Shown one piece after another: positions 47,743-58,125 of a stretch of DNA of 64,000 nt. This DNA comes from Polaromonas sp. UBA5171 (lineage in GTDB: Bacteria > Pseudomonadota > Gammaproteobacteria > Burkholderiales > Burkholderiaceae_C), in the NCBI GenBank assembly GCA_002413395.1, contig DHWX01000125.1:7676-71675 (forward strand), read 5' to 3'. The notes below the pieces were generated by a model. It searched no databases, was not told the origin of the DNA, and saw nothing but the letters and a program-made list of their open reading frames with translations. The position numbers and the translations under genes are program-made. Position 1 is the first letter of the stretch, and the number at the start of each line of letters is the position of its first letter.

Positions 47743-48554
47743 TGGCGAACTTTGTCTTGGTGCATGGCGCCTGGCATGGGGGCTGGTGCTGGCAACGCGT
47801 GATGGCCGCGTTGCAACAGCAAGGACATCGGGTGCATGCGGTCACGCTGACCGGTCTGGGCGAGCGCGCTCACCTGCTGTCGCCCGCCATCACGCTGGAC
47901 ACGCACATCAATGACGTAATCAATCTCATCGAGGCGGAAGAACTCAGCGACGTGATTTTGGCCGTGCATTCCTACGCGGGCATGATTGGCACCGCCGTCG
48001 CCGACCGCCTGGATGACCCCGCGCTTGCCGCTTCAAGTCCTGCGCTGTCCCCCGAGGGGGCTATTTCGCTTTGGGGCGGCCCGGCGGCGAAACGTCAGCG
48101 CCTGAAGCATCTGGTTTATGTCGATGCCGTCGTGCCAAAACCCGGCGAAAGCTGGAGCAGCACGCAGTCCAGCGCCACGCAGCAGCAGCGCATGGCCGCA
48201 GCGCAGATTTCGTCCAACTTCAGCTTTCCGCCGCCGGATCCCGAGGTGTTTGGATTGCATGGCACAGACCGCGAATGGGTCCAGCGCCGCCAGACGCCAC
48301 ACCCCGGCAATACCTATCCTGCGCCGCTCAGCTTTGATGTGCAGCGCGTTGCCGCCGTGCCGCGCACTTTCATCAGTTGCAACCAGCCCGCGCTGTCGAC
48401 GATTGAGCCCAGCCGCTTGCGCGTAAAAGATCCGAAATTCTGGGGCGGCGCATGGATGGCGAATTCTCGCGTGGTGGAAATCATGACTGGCCATGACCCG
48501 ATGATCAGCGAACCTGCGGCGTTGACCCGCATTTTGCTGGATTGCGCTGGCTAA
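47742..48554 (+). CDS. Alpha/beta hydrolase (methylesterase-like) carrying an in-frame 26-codon repeat insertion
   Basis: 270-aa ORF. It has FVLVHGAWHGGWCW and the nucleophile elbow HSYAG. The segment DDPALAASSPALSPEGAISLWGGPAAKR is encoded by the repeat copy at 48017-48094. Confidence 0.82.
   Translation: MANFVLVHGAWHGGWCWQRVMAALQQQGHRVHAVTLTGLGERAHLLSPAITLDTHINDVINLIEAEELSDVILAVHSYAGMIGTAVADRLDDPALAASSPALSPEGAISLWGGPAAKRQRLKHLVYVDAVVPKPGESWSSTQSSATQQQRMAAAQISSNFSFPPPDPEVFGLHGTDREWVQRRQTPHPGNTYPAPLSFDVQRVAAVPRTFISCNQPALSTIEPSRLRVKDPKFWGGAWMANSRVVEIMTGHDPMISEPAALTRILLDCAG
48017..48094 (+). repeat. ~80-nt GC-rich structured repeat, copy inserted in frame inside the hydrolase CDS
   Basis: The reverse complement CGTTTCGCCGCCGGGCCGCCCCAAAGCGAAATAGCCCCCTCGGGGGACAGCGCAGGACTTGAAGCGGCAAGCGCGGGGT aligns along its whole length with unit 28571-28651. 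Confidence 0.8.
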
Positions 48555-48718
48555 CCGGATTTTTTGGTGCAATCCGGTTGGGCAGACGCCAACTTCTTTG
48601 TCACGCCGACCTGGCTTGATCCGGAAACGCTCTGATTTTGATAGCTGTTTGCGCCTGTTTTATAAGGACTGAAAGAAAATTTGATCAACAATTTTGAGCG
48701 AACTGGACACTTTTCGCC

Positions 48719-49510
48719 TCACAGTTCAAACACCTGGCCCGCCTGCAGCCGCCGGATATTGTGCCTTGTCTCGCGCCCGGACGGGCGGGTCTGGCCAAAA
48801 CGCTGTATCTCAGCCATGATGAGTTCGGTTTCGGCAGGCTTGGTGTGGGTGATGTAAATCGGGTAGTTCTTGCCCCGCTCAATAAAGTCGAGCTCGCTGG
48901 CCAGCGCGTGGGGCACCAGGTGCGCGCTGCGTTTTGCAAGGTCGCACTCGCGATCGCTGAAGGCGGTTTCAATAACCAGCAGCGCCACCTCCAGCTGGTT
49001 GATGCGGGCCCACAGGGCGGGATTGTGCGCCGTGTCACCGGTAAACACCCAATAACCCTTGCCCATCGCCACCGCATAGCCCACCGCGGGCACCGTATGC
49101 ACGGCGGGCAACACCTCGACCTGCTTGCCGGCAAGTTGCAAGGTTTGGCCCGGCGTCACGGGATGAAAGCAGATGTACGGTGCCTCTGGCGTTGGGAGGT
49201 TTGAAAAATCAGGCCAAATGGTGTTGTTGAAAATGTGTGCCTTCAGCGCGTCGATTGTGGCTTGCAGGGCATAAACCCGCAGCGGTGCTGACCGTCGAGC
49301 GGCAGTGGCATCCACCATCAGCGGCAGCGCGGCAATGTGATCAAGATGGGAGTGCGTGAGCAGGACATGGCTGATGCCATTGAGCTCATCGAGCGTGAGG
49401 TCTCCCACACCGGTGCCGGCATCGACCAGCACATCATGGTCCAGCAAAAAAGAGGTGGTGCGGCAGCCTTTGGCAATGGCACCCGAGCAGCCAAGTATGC
49501 GTACATTCAT
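48719..49510 (-). CDS. Class II 3',5'-cyclic-nucleotide phosphodiesterase (metallo-beta-lactamase fold)
   Basis: 263-aa ORF with ILGCSG...FLLD...DAGTG...LTHSHLDH, the class II cAMP phosphodiesterase pattern. Confidence 0.8.
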   Translation of the reverse strand: MNVRILGCSGAIAKGCRTTSFLLDHDVLVDAGTGVGDLTLDELNGISHVLLTHSHLDHIAALPLMVDATAARRSAPLRVYALQATIDALKAHIFNNTIWPDFSNLPTPEAPYICFHPVTPGQTLQLAGKQVEVLPAVHTVPAVGYAVAMGKGYWVFTGDTAHNPALWARINQLEVALLVIETAFSDRECDLAKRSAHLVPHALASELDFIERGKNYPIYITHTKPAETELIMAEIQRFGQTRPSGRETRHNIRRLQAGQVFEL

Positions 49511-49697
49511 GGGTTTTTCCGGTTAGCCTTGGCCATCAAGGCTGGCTTGAAAACGGGTTGCACTGTCCCGTTTCGAAGCTACCGGCAACCGCTGCATGGA
49601 GACTACTTGCCAAACATACGGCCGGTAAAGGTACTTTTTCTCACTTTCCCACAATAAATTGGAAAATGCGCGCCGCAAAGGCCCGGCGGGCACGCCC

Positions 49698-50372
49698 TCA
49701 ATGCTGCACAAATTGCATTTGGGTGCCGGCCAACTCAAACACATCGCCATTTTTCAGCATGACCGCTTCAGCACCTATGGCCGCGCCATTGAGTGTGGGC
49801 AAGCTGGAGCCTTCGACATGGATGACCATATAGCCCTGTGGCCTCCTGGTGATCGCTGCTACCGCAACGCCTGGCTTGCCTATGGTGGTCACCACTTTGA
49901 CCAGCTTCACCTCCCGACCCGCAGCCGCTCCTGAGAGAACCTTGATGGCTGCATGAATGCCGGTCCCCGCTTCGGCGACCATTGGCGTGGCAGCCGCATC
50001 CAGTCGGGTTGCCGGTGGTGGGGCGAACCCAGCGTCGCCCCGGACCGCTGTGCTGACCCTGCCGGCCCTGAGCCCGTCCTGGCCGGCCTCGGCCAAATAT
50101 CTGATTTTGTATTTGCCGATTTCAATCGTGTCATTGTTTTTCAGCAACTGTTTCTTGACAGACTTGCCATTGACGTAAGTGCCGTTGGTACTGTTGAGGT
50201 CTTCCAGGTAAACCTCATTGCCGGACATCTGCAGAACCGCGTGTTCCCCACTGACAGCGGGGTTGTCAATGACGATATCGTTGTAGGGTCGGCGGCCCAT
50301 CGAAGTCCGGTCTTTGGTCAGTTGGGCTTCCCGGATCACGACGCCGTCAATCGAGACGGTTAGTTTCGGCAT
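49698..50372 (-). CDS. FHA domain-containing protein (N-terminal FHA plus a second FHA-like C-terminal domain)
   Basis: 224-aa ORF. The first domain has GRRPYNDIVIDNPAVSGEHAVL...STNGTYVNG. The C-terminal 80 aa repeat the topology (TIGKPG...TLNGAAI). Confidence 0.85.
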   Translation of the reverse strand: MPKLTVSIDGVVIREAQLTKDRTSMGRRPYNDIVIDNPAVSGEHAVLQMSGNEVYLEDLNSTNGTYVNGKSVKKQLLKNNDTIEIGKYKIRYLAEAGQDGLRAGRVSTAVRGDAGFAPPPATRLDAAATPMVAEAGTGIHAAIKVLSGAAAGREVKLVKVVTTIGKPGVAVAAITRRPQGYMVIHVEGSSLPTLNGAAIGAEAVMLKNGDVFELAGTQMQFVQH

Positions 50373-50411
50373 GGCTGCCTCCTGTCTGTTTTTGATACTT
50401 CAGTCACTACA

Positions 50412-51197
50412 CTATTTTCCCAGCATTCTGGACAGAAGTCCGCGCCGGACCAGGTCATCCTGCGCGTGCACCAGCAAGACCGAAATATTGTCTTGCCCGC
50501 CGACTTCATTGGCTGCCGCAATCAGCCGTCCGGCTTTTTGCTCCAGCGTCCCCTGACCCAGAAGAATGGCGGCGATGCTTTCGTCAGTGACCATGTCTGA
50601 CAGGCCGTCCGAACACATGAGATAGATATCGCCAGCCTCCACCCGGTGCTCACTGACGTCAACCAGCACGGCGTCCTCAACGCCCACCGCGCGGGTCACC
50701 AGGTTCCGGTTCGTCGAGGTGAGCGCCTGCTCAGGGGTAATCAGCCCGGCATCGAGTTGCTCCTGTCGCAAGGAATGATCCTTGGTAATTTGCCCGAACA
50801 CCTGACCGCGCAAGCGGTAGCCACGCGAATCGCCAATATGACCGAGCAGCAGGTACGCAGCCTGAAAAACACCGATCACCAGAGTGGTTCCCATGCCGGC
50901 ATATTGGGGGTTGGAATTGGCCGCATTAAAAATCGAGTGATTGGCATTTTCAACGCAGATTTCAAGGGCCCGTCGCACTTCCCGGGGATTGGCTTGGCGC
51001 CCTGCCTGGGAAAGCCAGCGCCCCATTTCCGACTTGAGAAAAGCCGTTGCCATGCTGCTGGCAACTTCGCCTGCGTTGTAGCCACCCATGCCATCGGCCA
51101 GGATGCAAAGCCCTGTCGCGAGATCAAAGGTCACCGCGTCTTCATTGTTGTCCCGCTTCAAACCGGGGTCTGTTTGCGCACAAATCTCGTAAATCAT
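50412..51197 (-). CDS. PP2C-family Ser/Thr protein phosphatase
   Basis: 261-aa ORF with the motifs DPGLKRDNNEDA, ILADGMGG, LMCSDGLSD and GGQDNISV. Confidence 0.9.
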   Translation of the reverse strand: MIYEICAQTDPGLKRDNNEDAVTFDLATGLCILADGMGGYNAGEVASSMATAFLKSEMGRWLSQAGRQANPREVRRALEICVENANHSIFNAANSNPQYAGMGTTLVIGVFQAAYLLLGHIGDSRGYRLRGQVFGQITKDHSLRQEQLDAGLITPEQALTSTNRNLVTRAVGVEDAVLVDVSEHRVEAGDIYLMCSDGLSDMVTDESIAAILLGQGTLEQKAGRLIAAANEVGGQDNISVLLVHAQDDLVRRGLLSRMLGK

Positions 51198-51457
51198 CTT
51201 ATCCGCACGATTCGTTTATGGTTGGCCGTAAAAACACATGTGCCATGTTTACCTCAGGGGCCATACGGGGACCACATCGGCAATGTGCCTGGTCGATTTA
51301 CTGACAATTGTTTCTTTTTTACATATTTGTCAGTGGACCGTCGTTATTGGCTGATCACAAAATGTGGACCGTAGACATTAACAGACACCTCGAAACGGAA
51401 CAAGGGACTTTTACACGTCCAGCCTACATTTTGTTGCCAATAGCGATCAAGCGGGAT

Positions 51458-52159
51458 TCAGGGCGTGGCGGCGGACTTTTTACGTGACGTTAGCGCCTTG
51501 CCCACGCCAAGCACAAATAGCGCGCCAAGCGTGGCCGCCGCATAACTCCAAAGCGCCAATTCAGGCAGATAAGCCCTGATGGCCGGGTCGGTGTAAGCCA
51601 TCTGACCGGCGATCCAGCCCAGCAGCATGGCGCCCAGCGTAATGACAACCGGGAAGCGCTGCATCAGCCTGAGCACCAGTTGGCTGCCCCAGACGATGAT
51701 TGGAATGCTGACCAGCAGACCCAGAATCACCAGGGTCAGCTGGTGTTGCTGACCGGCACCCTGCGCGGCACCGGCAATGGCCAGTACGTTATCCACGCTC
51801 ATCACCAGGTCGGCAACAATCACGGTCTTGATAGCGCCCCAGAGCTTTTCGCTGGAGCTGATAGGGTGATTGTCGTCGTCCTCGGGTTGCAACAGCTTCA
51901 CGCCAATCCAGAGCAACATCACGGCACCGACTATCTTGAGATAGGGAATGGCCAGCAGGGCCAGTGCAAAGGCGATCAGGATCACGCGCAGAACGAGGGC
52001 TCCCGCCGTGCCGTAAACAATGCCCCGCATGCGCTGCCTGGGCGCCAGGCCGCGGCACGCCAAAGCAATCACGACCGCGTTGTCGCCACCGAGCAGGATA
52101 TCAATCATGATGATCTGACCAACCGCAAGCCAGAAGTCGACCGTCATGAATTCTGCCAT
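51458..52159 (-). CDS. TerC/YjbE family integral membrane protein
   Basis: 233-aa ORF with the motif DILLGGDNAVVIAL and its repeat DLVMSVDNVLAIAG. Confidence 0.85.
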   Translation of the reverse strand: MAEFMTVDFWLAVGQIIMIDILLGGDNAVVIALACRGLAPRQRMRGIVYGTAGALVLRVILIAFALALLAIPYLKIVGAVMLLWIGVKLLQPEDDDNHPISSSEKLWGAIKTVIVADLVMSVDNVLAIAGAAQGAGQQHQLTLVILGLLVSIPIIVWGSQLVLRLMQRFPVVITLGAMLLGWIAGQMAYTDPAIRAYLPELALWSYAAATLGALFVLGVGKALTSRKKSAATP

Positions 52160-52176
52160 GGGACCCTCTAGAGAGA

Positions 52177-52217
52177 ATAAAAAAGGCCGATTGTCATGTT
52201 TGACAATCGGCCTTTTC
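52177..52217 (-). terminator. Rho-independent (potentially bidirectional) terminator after sucD
   Basis: A perfect 16-bp stem AAAAGGCCGATTGTCA/TGACAATCGGCCTTTT (52181-52216) has a 4-nt loop and A/T runs on both sides. Confidence 0.85.
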
Positions 52218-52244
52218 TGGTAGGTTCAATCGTCCATTTTGAGC

Positions 52245-53138
52245 CTACAGCAAGGCTTTGAGCAATTTGGCCATTTCGGACGGGTTGCGCGTCACGGTAA
52301 AGCCGCAGGCTTCCATGATCGCCAGCTTGGCGTCGGCGGTGTCGGCGCCACCCGAGATCAGCGCACCCGCATGGCCCATGCGCTTGCCAGCCGGTGCCGT
52401 CACACCGGCGATGAAACCGACGATCGGCTTTTTCATGTGGTCCTTGCACCACTGGGCCGCTTCGGCCTCGTCGGAGCCGCCGATTTCGCCGATCATGATG
52501 ACAGCATCGGTGTCGGGGTCGTCGTTGAAGGCTTTCATCACGTCGATGTGCTTCAGGCCATTGATCGGGTCACCGCCAATGCCGACGGCAGTGGACTGAC
52601 CCAGACCGATTTCGGTGAGTTGCGCCACCGCTTCATAGGTCAGCGTGCCGGAGCGGCTGACCACCCCGATGCGGCCTTTGCGGTGGATATGGCCGGGCAT
52701 GATGCCGATCTTGATTTCGTCTGGCGTGATGAGGCCGGGGCAGTTGGGTCCGAGCAGCAGGGTTTCCTTGCCGCCCGCCGCGACCTTGGCCTTCATGCGG
52801 TTGCGCACTTCGAGCATGTCACGCACGGGGATGCCTTCGGTGATGCAGATGGTCAGGTCCAGATTGGCTTCAACCGCCTCCCAGATCGCCGCGGCCGCGC
52901 CTGCGGGCGGTACGTAGATGACTGAAACCGTAGCGCCTGTGGCCTTGGCGGCTTCGCTCACATTGGCATAAATCGGGATGCCTTCAAAGTCTTCGCCGGC
53001 TTTCTTGGGGTTTACGCCCGCCACGAAGGCTTGTCTGCCATTGGCGTAGTCGCGGCACATCCGGGTGTGGAACTGACCGGTCTTGCCGGTAATGCCTTGC
53101 GTGATGACTTTGGTGTTTTTGTTGATGTAGATCGACAT
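52245..53138 (-). CDS. sucD: Succinyl-CoA synthetase alpha subunit
   Basis: 297-aa ORF with the pattern [11 protein letters not shown]...SRSGTLTYE...GHAGA. Confidence 0.96.
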   Translation of the reverse strand: MSIYINKNTKVITQGITGKTGQFHTRMCRDYANGRQAFVAGVNPKKAGEDFEGIPIYANVSEAAKATGATVSVIYVPPAGAAAAIWEAVEANLDLTICITEGIPVRDMLEVRNRMKAKVAAGGKETLLLGPNCPGLITPDEIKIGIMPGHIHRKGRIGVVSRSGTLTYEAVAQLTEIGLGQSTAVGIGGDPINGLKHIDVMKAFNDDPDTDAVIMIGEIGGSDEAEAAQWCKDHMKKPIVGFIAGVTAPAGKRMGHAGALISGGADTADAKLAIMEACGFTVTRNPSEMAKLLKALL

Positions 53139-53204
53139 GGGTTTTTCCTATTCAGTAGGGGACAGCACTTGCCCGCTGCGCGGCTTTCGGTCCGTCCCGC
53201 AAAA

Positions 53205-54368
53205 TTACCTGGACACGGCAGCGACGATTTTGGTCGCGGCTTCGGCCATGGTGTCCGCGGCGATGATGGGCAAACCGGAGTCGGCCAGTATTTTCTTGCC
53301 CAAGTCTTCGTTGGTGCCCTTCATGCGAACCACCAAGGGGACCGAGAGGTTGACGGCCTTGCAGGCGGCGACGATGCCGTCGGCAATCGTGTCGCAGCGC
53401 ATGATGCCACCAAAGATGTTGACCAGAATGCCTTTGACCGCAGGGTTCTTCAGCATGATCTTGAAGGCTTCGGTGACCTTTTCAGCCGTGGCACCGCCGC
53501 CTACGTCCAGGAAGTTTGCCGGTTCGCCGCCGAACAGCTTGATGGTGTCCATCGTCGCCATGGCCAGGCCCGCGCCATTGACCAGGCAACCGATGTTGCC
53601 GTCCAGGCTGATGTAGGCCAGGTCAAACTTGCTGGCTTCAATTTCGGCGGGATCTTCTTCGTCCAGATCGCGGTAGGCCACGATTTCAGGGTGGCGGTAC
53701 AGTGCGTTGGGGTCAAAGTTGAACTTGGCGTCGAGTGCCTTGACGTGGCCGTTTCCTTCGAGCACCAGCGGGTTGATTTCAACCAGGCTGGCGTCGGTAT
53801 CCATGTATACCTTGTACAGCTTTTTCAGCACATCGACGGCCTGCGCGGTCGAACCCGCCGGCACAGTCATGCCATCGGCCAGTACTTTGGCCTGTGCGTC
53901 GGTCAGACCGACAGACGGATCAACAAATACCTTGATGATTTTTTCGGGCGTGGTGTGGGCCACTTCCTCGATGTCCATGCCGCCCTCGGAAGACGCCATG
54001 AGCGCCACTTTCTGGCTGGCGCGGTCGGTCACGGCCGAGACGTAGTATTCTTTTTTGATGTCGGCGCCTTCTTCAATCAGCAGGCGGCGCACTTTCTGGC
54101 CAGCCGGGCCGGTCTGGTGCGTGACCAGCTGCATGCCCAAAATTTCACCGGCGAGTTTTTTTACTTCATCAATGCTGCGTGCCAGCTTGACGCCACCGCC
54201 CTTGCCGCGGCCACCGGCATGAATCTGGGCCTTGACCACCCACACCGGACCGCCGAGCTTTTGTGCGGCTTCCACGGCCTCCTGCACCGTAAATGCAGGG
54301 ATGCCGCGCGGCACAGGCACACCAAAATTGCGCAAGATTTCCTTGCCCTGGTACTCGTGAATTTTCAT
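53205..54368 (-). CDS. sucC: Succinyl-CoA synthetase beta subunit
   Basis: ATG 54368 ([22 protein letters not shown]), giving 387 aa. Confidence 0.96.
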   Translation of the reverse strand: MKIHEYQGKEILRNFGVPVPRGIPAFTVQEAVEAAQKLGGPVWVVKAQIHAGGRGKGGGVKLARSIDEVKKLAGEILGMQLVTHQTGPAGQKVRRLLIEEGADIKKEYYVSAVTDRASQKVALMASSEGGMDIEEVAHTTPEKIIKVFVDPSVGLTDAQAKVLADGMTVPAGSTAQAVDVLKKLYKVYMDTDASLVEINPLVLEGNGHVKALDAKFNFDPNALYRHPEIVAYRDLDEEDPAEIEASKFDLAYISLDGNIGCLVNGAGLAMATMDTIKLFGGEPANFLDVGGGATAEKVTEAFKIMLKNPAVKGILVNIFGGIMRCDTIADGIVAACKAVNLSVPLVVRMKGTNEDLGKKILADSGLPIIAADTMAEAATKIVAAVSR

Positions 54369-54601
54369 GAAAGACCTTAAGAATTCAGTAAAAAGAGTGC
54401 AACAGGGATTTGGACCGGGGCGATGGGAGTGCTTAAAACAGGCCATGCCGACCCAAAACCACGCTGTTAGCGGTCACTGCAGGCAGCAGCCCGTAACTGT
54501 ATCATGGTGCAACGCACAACTCTTGTGCGGAACTTGCATGCGAAATTCACCTGAGATTGGGCAGGTATCTTCGGGCAATGATCAGACGCTGAAAGCGGTT
54601 T

Positions 54602-55525
54602 ATGCACAAAGTTTTTATTGATGGAGAAGCCGGTACCACCGGCCTGCAAATCCGGGAGCGATTGCAAGCCATGCCGCAGATTGAGCTGGTCAGTATTGCG
54701 CCTGAACTGCGCAAGGATGCGGCCGCCAAGCGCGAACTGATGGCACAGGTCGATCTGGTGATCTTGTGTCTGCACGATGACGCCGCGCGTGAATCGGTCG
54801 CCATGATTGACAGCCTCAAGCCGGCTGGAGCCAAAAAAATTCCCAAGGTCATCGACGCGTCAACCGCCCATCGCACGGCTCCGGGATGGGTCTATGGTTT
54901 TCCCGAACTGGCTCCGGGCCAGCGCGAAGCCGTGGTTGCAGCAACGCGCGTGGCCAACCCGGGCTGCTACGCCACTGGTGCTATTGCGCTGATTCGCCCG
55001 CTGGTCGATGCTGGGTTGATTCCGGCTGATTTCCCCCTGAGTCTGCCCGCAGTGAGCGGCTACTCCGGTGGTGGACGGCAGATGATAGAGGCCTACGAGG
55101 CAGGCACGGCGCCCTCGTTCGAGATCTACGGCCTGGGCCTGGAACACAAGCACCTACCTGAAATCATGAGATATACCGCCCTGACACGTCGGCCGGTGCT
55201 GATACCCTCGGTGGGCAATTTCATGCAGGGCATGCTGGTGCAGTTGCCACTGCACCTTGACTTGCTGCCCGGCCAACCCAGCGCCGCTCAACTGCAGGAT
55301 GTGTTGGCCCTGCACTACGCGGGCAGTGAGTGGGTCACCGTGCAAGCCGGTTCAGCATCCGGCAAGCTCGATGCCCTTGCCCTGAACGATACCAATCAGA
55401 TGGAGTTACGCGTATTTGGCAACGAACGCTACCGCCATGCGGTGCTGGTTGCGCGGCTCGACAACCTAGGCAAGGGCGCATCAGGCGCAGCGGTGCAAAA
55501 CCTGAAGTTGATGCTGGGGCTTTGA
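54602..55525 (+). CDS. argC: N-acetyl-gamma-glutamyl-phosphate reductase (short type)
   Basis: 307-aa ORF with [13 protein letters not shown] and the catalytic motif NPGCYATG. Confidence 0.9.
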   Translation: MHKVFIDGEAGTTGLQIRERLQAMPQIELVSIAPELRKDAAAKRELMAQVDLVILCLHDDAARESVAMIDSLKPAGAKKIPKVIDASTAHRTAPGWVYGFPELAPGQREAVVAATRVANPGCYATGAIALIRPLVDAGLIPADFPLSLPAVSGYSGGGRQMIEAYEAGTAPSFEIYGLGLEHKHLPEIMRYTALTRRPVLIPSVGNFMQGMLVQLPLHLDLLPGQPSAAQLQDVLALHYAGSEWVTVQAGSASGKLDALALNDTNQMELRVFGNERYRHAVLVARLDNLGKGASGAAVQNLKLMLGL

Positions 55526-55650
55526 TTGGTGCTCGGGGCCGTGAGTCGGGCGGCATAAGACATGCCACCTCGTCTCCTGCAAGGGGGCACACCTCCCCCT
55601 GCAGCAAGACCGATATCGGCGTTGGCAGCACTGCTGCGTTAGACGCCCTT

Positions 55651-56142
55651 TCAATCATCTTCTGTCTGCGAGATCACGCGGCGAATCACGTCACCGCCAA
55701 AACCACGGGTGGCAAGAAAGCGCATTTGTTTGGCACGCCCGGCGGCGTCTGATGCCGGTCCGTCAAATTTCCTGCGCCAGACTTCGCGGGCGCGTTCCAG
55801 TTCGCTGAGATTGAGGCGGCCCATGGCAGCCGCCACCAGCTCCGCGCTCAGGCCCTTGTTTAGCAACTCGTGCCTGATGCGCGCCGCGCCCAGGCGCCCG
55901 GCGCGCCGGTGAATGACCGACTCGACCACCCGCGCTTCACTGATGAAGTCCTTGGCCTGCAGTTCATCAAGCACCTGCGCCAGTTGACCCGGCGTTTCCT
56001 CGTGGGGCGCCAGCTTGCGTTCCAGTTCGGGGCGTGAATACTCCCGACCGGCCAGCAGGCGCAGGGCGCGGCCTTTGAGTGATGGGCCAAAGCCCGCATG
56101 AGTTGCGGGTTTTTCAGGACTGGTCGGCGCGCGCATGGTCAT
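55651..56142 (-). CDS. recX: Recombination regulator RecX
   Basis: ATG 56142 or 56136. The RecX repeat pattern is present (ALRLLAGREYSRPELERKL...). It lies downstream of recA. Confidence 0.85.
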   Translation of the reverse strand: MTMRAPTSPEKPATHAGFGPSLKGRALRLLAGREYSRPELERKLAPHEETPGQLAQVLDELQAKDFISEARVVESVIHRRAGRLGAARIRHELLNKGLSAELVAAAMGRLNLSELERAREVWRRKFDGPASDAAGRAKQMRFLATRGFGGDVIRRVISQTEDD

Positions 56143-56236
56143 CAACCCGTCATGCCGTCTGCAAACGCCATCTTTTGAATAGTTGTTGGTGCGGTTGAAA
56201 ATTGGGCTTGGTCCCGATTTGACATACAAAATCCGC

Positions 56237-57355
56237 TCAGGCAGCGGCCTTGGCAGCCCGGTCAGCTTTATCAGCCTTTTCAGGTTTTGCCGCCATGTCC
56301 GAAACCTCAGCCGATTCGACCGAAGCCTGCACCAGCGGAATGCCCAGCGATTCGCGCACCTTGTTTTCAATTTCGATGGCGAGCGCCGGGTTCTCCTTGA
56401 GGAATTCACGTGAGTTGTCACGGCCCTGGCCAATTTTTTCGCCGTTGAAGGCGTACCAGGCACCGGCTTTTTCAACAATGTGGCCAGCCACACCAAGGTC
56501 CAGTACCTCGCCCAGGCGACTGATACCCTCGCCGTACAGAATGTCGAACTCTGCGGTCTTAAACGGTGACGCGACCTTGTTTTTGACCACCTTCACGCGG
56601 GTCTCATTGCCGATGACTTCATCGCCCCTTTTGATCGAGCCGATACGGCGGATGTCCAGACGCACGGAGGCGTAGAACTTCAGCGCATTGCCGCCGGTGG
56701 TGGTTTCGGGCGAGCCGAACATCACGCCGATCTTCATGCGGATCTGGTTGATGAAAATCACCATGCAGTTGGCTTTCTTGATGCTGGCGGTCAGTTTCCT
56801 TAGCGCCTGGCTCATCAAACGGGCCTGCAGGCCGGGTAGCGAGTCGCCCATTTCGCCTTCCAGCTCGGCCTTGGGCGTGAGTGCGGCCACCGAGTCGATC
56901 ACGATCAGATCCACCGCGCCGGAGCGGGTCAGCGAGTCCACGATTTCAAGCGCCTGCTCGCCGGTGTCGGGCTGGGAAATCAGCAGCTCCTGCAGGTTCA
57001 CGCCGAGCTTTTGTGCGTACTGAATGTCCAGCGCGTGCTCGGCGTCGACAAAGGCACAGGTACCGCCGATTTTTTGCATTTCGGCAATCACCTGCAGCGT
57101 CAGCGTGGTTTTTCCGGACGACTCCGGTCCGTAAATCTCGATCACCCGGCCACGCGGCAGGCCACCGACACCCAGGGCAATGTCCAGACCAAGCGAGCCG
57201 GTCGAGACCACCTGGATGTCTTCAATCACCTCGCCGGCACCCAGCTTCATGATGGTGCCTTTGCCAAACTGCTTTTCAATCTGGGCCAGCGCGGCCTGCA
57301 GGGCCTTGGCTTTTTCGGTGTTCAGTGCCGGGCTGGATTTGATCGGTGCGTCCAT
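56237..57355 (-). CDS. recA: Recombinase RecA
   Basis: ATG 57355. It has [15 protein letters not shown] and the Walker A motif GPESSGKTT. Confidence 0.97.
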   Translation of the reverse strand: MDAPIKSSPALNTEKAKALQAALAQIEKQFGKGTIMKLGAGEVIEDIQVVSTGSLGLDIALGVGGLPRGRVIEIYGPESSGKTTLTLQVIAEMQKIGGTCAFVDAEHALDIQYAQKLGVNLQELLISQPDTGEQALEIVDSLTRSGAVDLIVIDSVAALTPKAELEGEMGDSLPGLQARLMSQALRKLTASIKKANCMVIFINQIRMKIGVMFGSPETTTGGNALKFYASVRLDIRRIGSIKRGDEVIGNETRVKVVKNKVASPFKTAEFDILYGEGISRLGEVLDLGVAGHIVEKAGAWYAFNGEKIGQGRDNSREFLKENPALAIEIENKVRESLGIPLVQASVESAEVSDMAAKPEKADKADRAAKAAA

Positions 57356-57517
57356 GAAAATCCCCTTGAAAATCAATGATTTAAAAACTTTTACCTCAAT
57401 TCCAGCCTATGCTTTTAATCACAGGCTGGATGCATGACCAGTACTTTATGGGCATCGTTAAAATAAGTAAACCCTATTTTTAGTCAGTTTGCCTGATTAA
57501 TTGATTACGATATCAAA

Positions 57518-58015
57518 ATGCCGGAAATCGACACCGCCCACGCAATCAACGCCAGCGAAGCGGGCTGGCGGCTCACGCACCTGGGGCGCTTGCTGGGCCA
57601 CGCCTTGCGCCACTTTGACGAGCGCGTGCTCTGGCTGATGGCGCGCAACGTTGAGGTGCCGCTGGCACTGTCCAATCTGGCCGCGCGCAACCAGGTGGGG
57701 GCTGCGCACATTCACATCACGCGCCATCTGGCGCTGGGCGGCTCGCGCCTGACGGACCTGGCCCAAAGCGCCGGCATGAGCAAGCAGGCCATGGCTGATC
57801 TGGTGGACCAGTGCGAAGCCTGGGGATTGATCCGGCGCGAGGCTGATCCGCACGACAAGCGGGTTCGGCGGGTGGTGTTTACCGAGTCGGGTCTGCTATG
57901 GCTGCAGGCCTTCAAGGACGCGGTGGCGCAGGCTGAAGGGGAATTCCGGCAGGCGGTGGGAGCTGATGTGGCGACGGTCGTGGCGCTCGGGCTGGAGGCG
58001 TATGCCAGCGCGTAG
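57518..58015 (+). CDS. MarR family transcriptional regulator
   Basis: 165-aa ORF with a winged HTH (LTDLAQSAGMSKQAMADLVDQCEAWGLIRREADPHDKRVRRV). Confidence 0.85.
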   Translation: MPEIDTAHAINASEAGWRLTHLGRLLGHALRHFDERVLWLMARNVEVPLALSNLAARNQVGAAHIHITRHLALGGSRLTDLAQSAGMSKQAMADLVDQCEAWGLIRREADPHDKRVRRVVFTESGLLWLQAFKDAVAQAEGEFRQAVGADVATVVALGLEAYASA

Positions 58016-58125
58016 CCAGTGCGGGAATGCTCTGTGTTGGATTTGTCCGGCAAACGCCTAAAATTTGCCGGACAAGCAAAATATCACCCCGGCCCCTTGC
58101 CGTGGGCTGACACCTGGAGACACCC

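Noticed and set aside
52160-52244. yybP-ykoY (manganese) riboswitch upstream of the TerC-family gene.
   Set aside because: The spacer is only 85 nt and is occupied by the sucD terminator hairpin. There is no room for, or resemblance to, the four-way-junction riboswitch.
55577-55604. The hairpin CTGCAAGGGGG...CCCCCTGCAG between convergent argC and recX. I considered it as another copy of the ~80-nt repeat, or as a terminator.
   Set aside because: Apart from a GGGGCCG start, the flanking sequence does not align with the repeat family. The hairpin has no T-run on either side, so a terminator call is not supported. It may still be a weak bidirectional stop.
57426-57443. Candidate LexA/SOS box upstream of recA: TACTGGTCATGCATCCAG on the recA strand.
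   Set aside because: It has the right spacing and symmetry, but it reads CTGG-N8-CCAG instead of the betaproteobacterial/gammaproteobacterial consensus CTGT-N8-ACAG. Both half-sites deviate at the critical position, so I cannot call it from sequence alone. A LexA motif scan or ChIP would decide.
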